A stretch of DNA of 64,000 bases from Octopus bimaculoides (lineage: Eukaryota). How positions within the stretch are numbered: position 1 is the stretch's first letter; the number at the start of each line of letters is the position of its first letter. A model generated the notes under the pieces. It saw only the letters and a program-made list of their open reading frames with translations. It was not told the DNA's origin and did no database searches. Shown piece after piece: positions 26,751 to 38,657 of the stretch. The position numbers and the translations under genes are program-made. The DNA is taken from positions 23,943,726-24,007,725 of the forward strand of contig NC_068982.1 in assembly GCF_001194135.2 (NCBI RefSeq). The letters run 5' to 3'.

Positions 26751-27385
26751 ACATGAGTATTGGTTGAAAGCTTCATGGGCTTTCCAAAATAGACTCATGG
26801 GATACAACCAAATGAGGTTTATTTTTCAACATAGTGTTACTTGGACTCCACACACTTCTTCTATCGGAGTTGCTGTATTTGTATCCCTTCGATAATGACA
26901 TTTCTGTCTTGTTGGTAGAAAAAGTCATGAACGATAGGTATGGTGTCATCGTCACTGCGATGTTGTTTCCTAGACAAGTATTTTTCAAGTTGGGGAGCAA
27001 TTGATTGTCAGATGGGGCAATTTCAGGAAAAGGGGAAGCTGACCAATTAGTTCAAAGTCACAGACATCCACAGTAGCCGTTGAAACGAAGAACTTGTGTG
27101 TTGGAGCATTATCACCGTGAATCGAGATCCTTTTTGCAGATTTCCCGGACATTTGATGTTGATATCCTTTCGTAACTTCCTCAGCAAGATAGCATTGCGC
27201 TCCCCATTGACGGTGTGGCTCTTTTGATGATAGTCAATAAAAACCATGCCGTTTTCCTCCCCAAATGACTGAGGACATCATATTCGTTGTAGATGAAACC
27301 ATCTTCGCCATCTTTAAAGCAGTGAGGTGGGGTGTTTCCGCCGGCATGGATAATTCTTTTCTTCTATAGGTATGAGGCCTGAAAC
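26751..27385 (-). mobile_element. Mariner transposase C-terminal pseudogene fragment with a degenerate 3' TIR
   Basis: The minus strand gives MMSSVIWGG../VFIDYHQKSHTVNGERNAILLRKLRKDINIKCPG (compare VMASVFWD..IDYL.KG.TINGEYY..LL..LR) and the C-terminus RSDDDT..VHDFF.QQD...GIQ..Q.R*KKCVE...YVEK* (stop 26819-26821). There are multiple frameshifts. Confidence 0.8.
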
Positions 27386-27394
27386 TTTTCAGGA

Positions 27395-27572
27395 GAGTCC
27401 ACTCAATTAGATCGACCCAATACACAACTGGTACTTAATTTATTGACCCCGAAAGGATGAAAGGTAAAGTTGACCTCCTCGGAGTTTGAATTCAGAATGT
27501 AGCGGCAGTCGAAATACCGTTAAGCATTTCGCCCGTCCTGATAACGACTCTGCTAGCTCGCCACTTTATCGC
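27395..27572 (-). mobile_element. SINE family C copy adjoining the truncated end of the mariner
   Basis: Reverse complement of family C: GACCCCGAAAGGATGAAAGGTAAAGTTGACCTC...GAATTCAGAATGTAGCGGCAG...CTGCTAGCTCGCC. Confidence 0.8.
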
Positions 27573-28166
27573 ATGGATAAATTTATGGATAATCTTCAAA
27601 GTGATGAACGTAAAACTCATCCTCAGTTAAGAATCATTTAATGAAACCAGCAGGATCTGTCTTAAGCATTATCAGAATTCCCCGTGATGTGATCAGTCAC
27701 GCGTGCTACTGAACAGTTTTAAGACGACGTAAAACCTATTGAAGAGAAATTTTCGGCATACTAAGTTCATTGCGTCGAAAATTCTGAACAACTTCACCGG
27801 ATAGGCTAATGTGTAAGTGTGTGAATGAAAGTGGGGGTGCCGGGAAGTGGTCAGTGCTAATGTGAGCATGATGGTGTGGTGCTGTGGAGTTGTGTGGTAT
27901 GGTGGTATGTGGTGTGGTGGTTTTGGGATGTGGGCGAGCGAGAGTGGGGAATGCAAGGGTGGGGTGTGAGTTAAGCTGAGCGTGTGAGTAGAGATGGGGT
28001 ATGTGTGAGTGGGTGTAACGGATGGCGCTGGGGTTGGATGGGATTGCTACGTATATATAATCGAAATATACAAAAGAAAACAAAAAACGAAGAGACATGT
28101 GTATGACTAACATTGGTGATTGCAATCCTTTTGTTGTTAAATCGTGTTTGCGTTTATGTATGTTTA

Positions 28167-28222
<56 letters not shown>

Positions 28223-28372
28223 GATCATCTATCCAGCAATCGAACTATGTGTCTCTCTGTCTATTTGTCTGTCTGTCTACCCATCTGTCTACCTATCTAT
28301 CTATCTATCTAAATATATATACATACATACGTAAATGTGTGTGAGAATGTGCGTGCATGTGTGTGTGTGTGT

Positions 28373-28419
<47 letters not shown>

Positions 28420-28634
28420 CGTCCGTGTGCCTACGTGCAATTATGTGCCTTTAACTGTGCAATATCAGTAGATAGAAAACATACCTGAATCAAAAACAGT
28501 TTCTTAAATATAGTATGTCAGTTGACAGATCTATGAAAGAAAATATTCATTATACTATAATACTGCTACTTTTCCGGTACAGACTGAATTATATATGTAA
28601 AATAATATAATATGTATAGGATGATAATCAAATC

Positions 28635-29500
28635 TCAGAGGCATTAGCAAAGAATTTGAAGGGTAATTTGTGATTTAGTTGATAGAATAACCGAAACGTT
28701 AAAGATATAGAGTAGCGTGAAGCAAATTATATGAGAATAAAGATGTTTATTTGTAAGGTTTATAAGACAGCCTGTCACTGAGAAACTAAGTTGTAAGTTA
28801 TCTAAGTATACTTACGAAGTGCATTTTTTATAACCTACTGATTTTCTTTGTGATAAAGGAATTTACTTCACAAGCCCCTTGCTCCAGATCCAATTTCATT
28901 GATTATAATTCTTGAGAACTACCTTATCCATGTAGTTATGGTGTCGATATTATTGTGAATGAAGTTGGCTAAACTTTAATGATGTTGACACTTCGTCTCA
29001 AAAGATGTCAATATGAATATTCTTGCGAACATCATCGAAAGCAATGAACCTCTAATCCTAGGTTTGTGGCACTTTGTCAATAAAAACGTTGTTGAAGAAT
29101 TATGTTAAAGTTGTAGTGTCTGTTGAATATATACTACAACCAAATGGTACTAAAACGATCAGATTGTTCAGTTTTAAGATCTAACTGCATGGTCAACCGA
29201 GGAAACTGAGGCATTAAAAAAAAAATAAGCAGATAGGCGCGCGAACCAAATTTTATGAAAATTGAGATAATTATTTGATTGTAGGATGTATAAGACTGAG
29301 CCTGTCACAGTTGTATGATATCGTAATTTAGTTACTCAGTGCATTTTTGATAACCTTTTCATTTTCCGTGAAATCAAGAAATGTCCTTTCCATTCAATGT
29401 CATTGCCTATAATTCATGAAATCTGCCCTCTTCCCTGCACTAGTGGAGTTCATCTCTTTGTGAATGCAATTGGGTAAACTTCAAGATTATAGACATTTGG
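28635..29500. repeat. Old diverged direct duplication (~28635-29000 vs ~29205-29500)
   Basis: Colinear anchors occur in both copies: GAGGCATTA, TATAAGAC..GCCTGTCAC, GTGCATTTTT.ATAACCT, TCATTG..TATAATTC.TGA, TTGTGAATG.A.TTGG.TAAACTT. Confidence 0.7.
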
Positions 29501-30904
29501 TTAATGTATTCCATCTCATTTTTGCAGGAAATGCTAATCTGTTAATCTATATCACACCTTTACGAGGAACCTCGATGTCTTTACAGGATACGACTCTCCT
29601 GCAACTATTGTAATCACGGATCATTTGATAAGAAGATACTAATCTCCTTACTTCAGTAATTCGGTGTCTCACTCTTCCCCAAAACGGAAACTCTACATGA
29701 AAATTCGACGTAATTTACATATGCTATTATATTTTATGGATATAATGACTAATATCATATTAATTGTGTAAATAAGAAGAAAAGATGTTTCAACACTCCC
29801 TTTAGGAAGACGAAACGTAAAGCACCACAAATATATTGAACTCTTTTGTGAAATTAATTAAAGATTATGGAGTATTTATTTCATCTATTTGTGATTTTAT
29901 TTTCTATTTTGAACAATGTATAGTTCATGCTATTTCATTAAAAAATTAGAGATAAATTACGTTACGAAGTCTTAGTATTGTTAAAAGCACAAATAAAAGG
30001 AAAGTTTTACAGTAAATAGAAGGTTTTGCTCTGAAGATATGTTTAATAATCTTGTATTTGGAGAGACATTTACATACAGTGACATTTATATACTTATCAG
30101 GACTGCAGACATAGAATTAGTTGGCTATTGGTTGTACTCTCCTATATATTCTAAAATTTCTAAAAGCAATAGTCAGATGATTACGGATTCACTGCCGTTT
30201 AACAGCGAAGAAACTGTGTTATAGATATTGACAAATTCTCATTTTCAATTCGATGACATTGTTCAGACAATGACAATTTTCCATTCAACCGAAATATATT
30301 GAATTCAAGGTTAATTTATCAATGGTAGAATGTTAGCATTTCCACATTAGGTGTAAACCCTACCTCAGTACATATCTAATACCATTGTCTGTAGCATTAT
30401 AATTTTTTAAATTACATTTTTAAAGCTGGGGTCATTTTCATACGAACTGTGAGTTGTCGGACATGTTAAATTTTATATACGATTACAAAATGCAATAAAA
30501 CTTGTCAGTATAACTCGAAAAACATCGATAAAACATTGCGATGCATCGATATATGTACAACAGATATGCTGCAAACTTTCCTCATGATGTAGAATCATAA
30601 TTCCCTATCGGCTATGAGATAAATTATTATGTTGTAAATTACCAAAACCAATAATTCATGGCAAAATTTATCTGTGTGATGAAGATGGTGTTAAACATGC
30701 CTTCTCAACACTGAAAACACACCCCAAAAGTCATCTCACTATATCATGGTTATATAAGAGAAACAGACCGGTATCATGAAGCAGTTCATTGATATATTAG
30801 CAGTGATATACATCAAGTGTATAACATAGATTCAGGTTCAGTTACTTACAGAAATACAACAGTATGATGAATTCAGTCTGTAGTAAAATAATCATATCTG
30901 CTAT

Positions 30905-31040
30905 AGCCACATGGCCTAACATTTTGAAGGAGAATGCAAGTCGATTTCATCGCCCCTTGTGCTCACCTAGTACTTATTTTATCGAGGCCGAATTTGAATG
31001 AAAAGACAGACGAAATGACGCTCAGCATTTCGTCCGGTGT
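30905..31040 (-). mobile_element. SINE family C, deleted partial copy
   Basis: AAGTCGATTTCATCGCCCC...TAGTACTTATTTTATCG...GACGAAATGACGCTCAGCATTTCGTCCGG. Confidence 0.55.
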
Positions 31041-32454
31041 GTTGAAGAAAACACTCAGCCGAAATATTGCAATATTTTACAAGAAACTGCATATCAACTG
31101 CTGAGAAAGATGTCATACCGGATAGTTTGTGTAGCTAAATGGGCTACATATCACCTTTAGAATTCATACATATGGGACGAAGCTCGGGGTACATTTGAAA
31201 AGAACTTCGGAAGTAATACAGCAACAATATCAAGAGAAAAAAAAAACAGCAATAACATTCATTAAAACTTAGATATACTTACTCAAGTGGATTTCTTTAC
31301 GTTTGTTTTATTTCTATTCTGTGCGTCAGGTTTATGTCTTGCTTTGAACTAAATGCATGTTACTAGCACGATTTCGATGTGATAGCGCAACTCTAGAGAC
31401 AACAGTAATCTTTTATACACACATACAATAGTAATCTATATGCACATGAATTTTGGGTTCTGTACAAATGAACAACACCAATAAAATCAACCTCTGTACT
31501 AAATTACAAACAAATATTTTGGATATTGATCATAGACACGTGTGGGGTATCAAACGGGGTAAATCATATACAGCCGTAGGCATAGTGGTTGAGTCTCTAT
31601 CTTAATTTTGATATTATTCATTATAATTTAAAAGTGGAAGTTGATCAAACCAACATTTCAGTTTAGACACATTGTGAGAGAGACATTTAAAGGACACAAT
31701 ATTGAGGAATATCATACTATAAGATATGAGAAATGAAGAGATAGAAAACGTGAATACTCAATAATGAAATGGGAAGAAACGGAAATTTTGAAAACTAGAT
31801 GAGTGAAAGTACACTGGAAATATTGAAAATATAATAATGAAGGCATTAAAATCAGTAAAACCAATTAACAACCTATATAAGGATACCACACTGCAAACGT
31901 GCTAACGACAGAAATCTCAAGTATTCAAATAACAGATATTTGTTAAGGGTTAATGTTGCTAGTGATCAGGAGAGTAGCATTAAATTTCATTTTCTTTTAT
32001 TGAGGATTATGTGCGTTATATGGTGCACGATAACTCTTCAAGCAGAGATGTTAGCTATGATAAAGGAACATTCTTTGTTACTATAGTCACCTTTCTGCTA
32101 CAACTCTCTAGAAATGAAAAATTCTGAGTCATCTGGAATAGCTACCACTCTGCTATTTCATCTGGAATTGTAACATTGCGATTCTACTGATATTATTACT
32201 TCAAAAACAAAATCGAAATAGATTCTCATAATCAGAAGTAGACAATATATTTCGAAGAACTCTCACACGCATGCGAGCATATCGTTTGAGCAGGAGCTTG
32301 TAGGTGAAATGCAAGATACATTTACAAAGGATTTGGGTGCCTCTGTTATAACGAGCAAATACAGAGTCTTTCAGCGAATACAAAGTCTTTCTTAAACTTA
32401 ACACTGCAGGACGTTGAGGATGGGAAGCTATATGGAATGAGTATTACACCAGCA

Positions 32455-32600
32455 TCCACCTGGCATATAATTTCAGTTGAATTGACCGAAGCAATGTGAA
32501 ATGAAGTCTTCTTTTCTCAAGGTCACGAGGTGTCCTTGGTCCAACAATCGAAAACCACAAACTTATGATTTTATGTTCAACATCCTAACCACTGAGTGAA
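32455..32600 (-). mobile_element. SINE family B, 5' half
   Basis: The reverse complement reads CTCAGTGGTTAGGATGTT...GTGACCTTGAGAAAAGAAGACTTCATTTCACATTGCTTCGGTCAATTCAACTG, matching the head and core at 9729. Confidence 0.6.
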
Positions 32601-32909
32601 CTAGTAATATAATAGTTCCGCATATAATATTCCAAAATATCTCGGTATTATTATTTAATAATTTTTGCAACATTGTAATTGTCGTAATTCTAATAATTAT
32701 GTTTTGCTCGAATGGTATTTGTATTTTATCAAGTCACGCATCGAAGCAAATTTCTTTTGTTATAGTAAAGAGTTTACAATCTTAAGCTGCATTGAGATAA
32801 CGTTGAAAACTTGTTAAATTTGCCTTTACAGGTGTGGAAAGAACAAGGGGAATTTTAATACAGAATATATTTAATTGCACTCTCTCACTCTCTCTTTCCC
32901 CTTATCTCT

Positions 32910-32952
<43 letters not shown>

Positions 32953-33076
32953 ACTCTCTCTCTCTCTCTCTCTCTTCTCTCNNNNNNNNNNNNNNNNNNN
33001 NNNNNNNNNNNNNNNNNNNNNNNNNNNNNNNNNNNNNNNNNNNNNNNNNNNNNNNNNNNNNNNNNNNNNNNNNNNN

Positions 33077-33123
<47 letters not shown>

Positions 33124-34319
33124 AGTGGATATTGCGTTTACGAGCGATGAATTAATTTTGGGCCCGTCTTTCGTAACAATTAGTAAGATTTTCAAGCACC
33201 TGTCAAAGTAAAGCTGTAACATGTTGTATCAGATGCGTTCGAAATCATAGTCTCCTTTGAGCAGAAAGAAAATCGTTGTAATATTTTTCTCATTAATTAT
33301 ATAAACTTAGGTGATATTTTTATCCGGCTTGTTACCGGAATAGGCAAAGACATTGATTCACAAGCTGTCATTACGTTATTTTTATTAAATATTGAGATAA
33401 TAATGTCACATTTGTATCACGATATAAGTGGGTGATCATTGTAGATGGACGGAGGGTGATAGTTGGCCAGGAGTGATTTGGAATGAATTTGCGAGTTTTA
33501 TTTATTACTAAAATAATAATCGGAGCACATGGAAAGGGCAGAAGCTCAGTGTATGAGTCACATAGTAACAGAACAAAACACATAGAACTGCGAAAGGAAT
33601 GATCATTTGAAGGTCTTCTGTTGACAAGATCCACGGAAGCAAATGCAAAGGAAGATAGTACGGACCACATGAGGCTGCGGCAGTTGCAGGTAACGCCATT
33701 TTCATGTACACAATGGTTAAGCCTTAAGAGAGATATTGGGGAAATGTCACTTCATGGGCGGTATCAGAAAACAATTGTGACAGTGCAAGGAAGAAAGAAT
33801 ATAGACGAAAAAAGATTATACAAATGAGATGAGATCGAATTAGAAACAAAATAGGAAAGCTCGTCGAAATATAAAAAAAATAATCGAATAAAAATCGACG
33901 AAAAATATTTTCGTGTAATTTGGCTATGTTTGCGCGGTGAAATTATTTCCACGAGACCAACGCATTTAACAGCAAAGTGCTCTTCGAAATAAACTTGATG
34001 CGCCATCAAGAATATTAGTTATCGTTCACCATTATGCTATGAAGATTTAATAGAGATTCTACGGTAACACATAAAGCTTTTTTTCTAAACCTCACTCCAG
34101 CTCACAGGGTGCTAAATGACGTTTTTGTTTGCACAAGATCACAGGAAGAAGAAAAAGCGGGGAGGATGGAAACGAATTGGCGTTGTTCATGCAGGGCAGC
34201 AATTCTTTTCGGGGTTCCTTTCGCGTGCGGTGAAATAAGTATCAGCTGTGCACAAGAATCGATGTAATCAACTGTTCCCCTCCCAAAATTTCAGGCCTTG
34301 TGCTTATAGTAGAAAAGAT

Positions 34320-34339
34320 TATTGATATTATCATCATTA

Positions 34340-34391
<52 letters not shown>

Positions 34392-34410
34392 GGTTGTTGT
34401 TGTTGTTGTT

Positions 34411-34461
<51 letters not shown>

Positions 34462-34490
34462 ATTATTATTATTATTATGATTATTATGAA
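34320..34490. repeat. (ATT)n-(GTT)n-(ATT)n compound microsatellite
   Basis: Direct reading of the sequence. Confidence 0.95.
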
Positions 34491-34494
34491 GTTG

Positions 34495-34705
34495 ATGAGC
34501 AGACAGAATCGTTAGCATGCCGGGTAAAATACTTAGCGTTATTTCGTCCGTCGTTACGGCCCCAGTTCAAATTCCACCGAGGTTGGTTTTGACGTTCACT
34601 CTTTCGGAGTCTATAAATTGAATATCAGTGAAGCACTGGGGTCGATGTAATCGACTTGTCTCTTCCCAACAAATTTCAGGCCTTGTACCTTTAGTAGAAA
34701 GGGTT
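34495..34705 (+). mobile_element. SINE family C copy
   Basis: GCAGACAGAATCGTTAGCATGCCGGGTAAAATACTTAGCG...AGTTCAAATTCCACCGAGG...GCACTGGGGTCGATGTAATCGACTT...AAATTTCAGGCCTTGT. A separate 3' fragment lies at ~34225-34320. Confidence 0.85.
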
Positions 34706-34830
34706 ATTATTATTATTGTTATTGTTATTATTATTATTATTAATAGTAGTAGAGCGGTTGTCGTGTTGATAGTAGCATTAGTAGTAGTATTAGCAGTAGC
34801 AGCAGCAGCAGCAACAGCAGCAACAGCAGC

Positions 34831-34882
<52 letters not shown>

Positions 34883-35182
34883 CAATATCATAAATGGTCT
34901 TTTTCTTCATTGCACACAGACACTGGCTGAACATGAATTATTAAAATTTAGTTTGATACATGTATGACTAAATCAATGAATATTAACTTCAATGCAATTT
35001 ACACAACAGAATTCATTATTTACTCATTAAAGTCGTTGTTTAATAGGCTAAGCAATCGATTGCTAAATAGAAAAAAATGTGATTTATATGAAGGCTTTTA
35101 AATTAAATGACAGATAATATATTTTTAATCTTCAGAACGTGCCGCGGCTGTTATAAAATCGTCTAATTCAAAGAACGCCGAA

Positions 35183-35226
35183 ATGATGGTGATCATCATC
35201 ATGATCATCATAAACATCATCATTAC

Positions 35227-35265
<39 letters not shown>

Positions 35266-35401
35266 GATAGTGGTATTGATGGTGGTAGAAGCGGTGGCGA
35301 TGATAATGATTATGACAATGTTGACTACGACGATGGTGATGACAATGATAATAATGATAATGATGATAACGATGATGAAGACGACGATGATGATGATGGT
35401 G

Positions 35402-35434
<33 letters not shown>

Positions 35435-35520
35435 GTAAAAAATAATGATCATGATGTTGACGATGACGATGATGACAACGGCTTCGACGAGGATGATGTT
35501 GATGATGATATAAATAATGG
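35183..35520. repeat. Long mixed trinucleotide simple sequence (ATC/ATG/ATA/GAC)
   Basis: Direct reading of the sequence. Confidence 0.9.
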
Positions 35521-38012
35521 CACTATACTGTGCATAATGATAGAGAATATTCTCTTTCCGTTTTAATAACAGTAATAATAACAAGTATTAATTCTTTCAT
35601 TATTAATATTTATCATAATGTTTTCTTGTAATTTATAAGTATCGATATAATAATCATTTTGACTGTTATTATGCGTCGTTATTTTAAAACGATTTCAACT
35701 TTATAATTGACAGAATTTTTTGTTTGCGTGGGAATGACTTGGGAGAATTATAAAAAAAATAGTGCATTCTGAGAGCTAGTTTTGTAATATTTTCATACAA
35801 AATAATTAGGAAAATTGTTGAAGGAGTGAATATTGATTTTTGATTATGAAAGTATATGAGAGATTAAATTATAAATAGACATTAAATGATCTTCGTACTT
35901 CTTGAAAGTTTACTGAATTAACAAGTAATCGCAATTAGTCAATGGTTCTCTATATAGATATGTTTTTGGAGTATTTATCGGAAATGTATTAGAACGAAAA
36001 ATATGATTAGAGTAAAAACAAAAATGTTTCATTTCTGTATGAAGCTCATTGTAGGAAAGCAGCGGAAAACAAAAATTTTATTTTCATAAATTCCACTGTT
36101 AAAATTGCATACGATAAAATTGACATAATTTACTTTTACAGTCCTCTAGGGTTGACGAGATCAATACTATCGAAACATTTGAATAAAAAAATGTTATTTG
36201 CACATTTTCTACATACCAATTACTATGTTTGTATGATTTGTCACTCTCCTCAGTATGTATCTACGAGGGTTCTAGTGATGAAAATCGAACAGATGTCATT
36301 CATATTAAATTCGTTTCATAGTATCAGCAGAAATTTTATTTTCCTATATAAATTATGGTTCTACCTGAAACGTGAAACGCGCTTGTGATTAAAAGAAATG
36401 AACTTGTATGAGTTTTACGAATTATATTAACTTACTTTCACCGGAGATGCATTAGCACTGGACGGATTTCTCTTTACATTTAGATAACCATCATCTACAT
36501 AGCCATCATCTACACGACGTCTATCTGTTTCACTAGTACCTTGTTTGTTACTATTTCCGTGTATTTGTACAATTCTCTAGTTACATCTCATTATATTCAG
36601 GAAAGTCGTCGGCACTTTCAATAATTCAAACAATATATATTTATGATTATATGAAATGTAATCTAAAAACAGAAAACAGCAAACAAAAACAAAACTATTT
36701 TCTGTTTCGCACCGTGTTCTGCATCACAGAATTCAATGAGTCATTACATGAATCAATATTATACAAATTAATGCAAATTAACTATCTTCAATGTCATACT
36801 TTTGCTATTGCAACCTAATTTGCATGGACATCGCAAATAAAAATGAACTGTTTTGCATATTTTACACTTTCTCGAAATAGCAGTTAATTATCTAGTGACA
36901 ATCATGATACATAAGGTTTATTCTCTCTTTGCAATAACTTCATAAGCACATATGAATACACATACACGCGCGTTTGTGTCTGTGCTTGCGTGCATATATA
37001 CATATATCTGACTATGAATCAACGCGTCATTATTCCTGCTTGTGCGTCTGGGAAAATACACGCTTTAGTACATATTCAAATAGCTACATTTCTACATTCA
37101 TTTAATTTTTAAAAAATCTGAACCATCAATCTATTCACAGACGTACCTACCATTGCTATACACTTGCATATATTTGAATAACAGGATCCACATTGCTCTT
37201 TCCAACCCATGTGCTTCACCAATATATTTGTCATTACTTCAGATATTAAGCCACTCTCATTCCTCTCATCACATATACGCTTTCATATCAGCCAGTTGTC
37301 AATTACACTCACTTTCAATTGCCACATGCACTCACTAATCAAAGACACTATATTTATATAGATACATCTCAAATAAAACACACTGTTCGCCTATATGTTG
37401 GCTTCAAGAATCATGTTAAAATTACAACTACATTTGTTCATTTATCACTTTCACCAGAGCTTGGCTTTTCCAACAATTTCCTTAATTTTTATATTCTTCT
37501 GTGTCTGAGAACTTCACTTTTCACTACATGTTCGCTTATCGCTTCTTTTCTGACGAAAGACTTCCATCCGAATCTCGAAGACACATTCTCCATTTAAGAA
37601 TTAAGCTTATAGTCAATCTGTCAAACAGAAGACAAACAGTTGTTCCTTTTTGCTGTTCAACGTACCTGCCTTCCTATATACTCTCATTTGGAGAATTGGC
37701 TCTCTGTTGTGTTAGTATTAATTTGTAACTATAAGTTGATAATAACAGTTTATCTTGATGTTGTTATTTGTATTAGACAGCTGATTGCTATTGATTCTCA
37801 AGCAGCGCTTATGTCCTTAATGCTGTTCACACCACTGGATTGAGTAGGAATGCCTTAGCGTCTAAAATATACTAATATCTGTTTGGCAGCTGATGATGGT
37901 AATACGTATTAACTATACTTGTTCTTGAATTCCTTGTTCCGAGTTGTCCTCCATTTTAGTAAAGTGGAAACGTGTTTGTGGTGATTAGTTACATTGATAT
38001 TGGTTGTTTTAC

Positions 38013-38056
<44 letters not shown>

Positions 38057-38149
38057 NNNNNNNNNNACACACACGCACACACACACACACACACATGTAG
38101 ACACTCATATGTAATTAGGAGGCAATACTTCAAATAGTAAAATAGCAGT

Positions 38150-38531
38150 CGCGGCTGTGTGGCAAGAAGCTTGCTTCCCATCCACATGGTTCTATGTTCA
38201 TTCCCACTGGGCAGGTGTATTTTAATAGAGCCTCGGGACGACCAAAGCCTCTCCAGTGGATTTGACGGACGGAATCTTAAAGAAGCTCGTCGTATATGGA
38301 TATATATATAATGTATGTATGTACTTGTGTGTCTGTGTTTCTACCTCACCATCATTTGACAACCGATGTTGGTGTGTTTACGTCCCTATGACGTAGCTGT
38401 TCGGAAACATATAGAGACAAATTAAGTAGTAGGCTTCCAAAAAATAAGTCCTGGGGGTCGATTTGTTCGACTAAAGGCGATGCTCTCACATACCCGCAAT
38501 CAAATGACTGAAACAAGTAAAAGAATAAAAG
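38150..38531 (+). mobile_element. tRNA-derived SINE family A, near full length, with an internal (TA/TG) tract
   Basis: GGCTGTGTGGCAAGAAGCTTGCTTCCC..CCACATGGTTC; AGCCTCGGGACGACCAAAGCC; TTTGACAACCGATGTTGGTGTGTTTACGTCCC; TAAGTCCTGGGGGTCGATTTGTTCGACTAAAGGCG; AAATGACTGAAACAAGTAAAAGAATAAAAG. It resembles octopus SINEs from memory; the named family is not verified. Confidence 0.85.
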
Positions 38532-38553
38532 CATAAAAGAAGATATATATATT

Positions 38554-38605
<52 letters not shown>

Positions 38606-38615
38606 NNNNNNNNNN

Positions 38616-38657
<42 letters not shown>

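Noticed and set aside
33446-33466. TGGACGGAG resembling the start of miR-184
   Set aside because: The 3' half mismatches and there is no complementary star arm.
35168-35584. 138-aa poly-Tyr/His/Asp ORF
   Set aside because: It is a trinucleotide simple sequence open on both strands, with no splice or complexity support.
36259-36400. TACGAGGG mariner-TIR-like start
   Set aside because: No matching second TIR or transposase follows.
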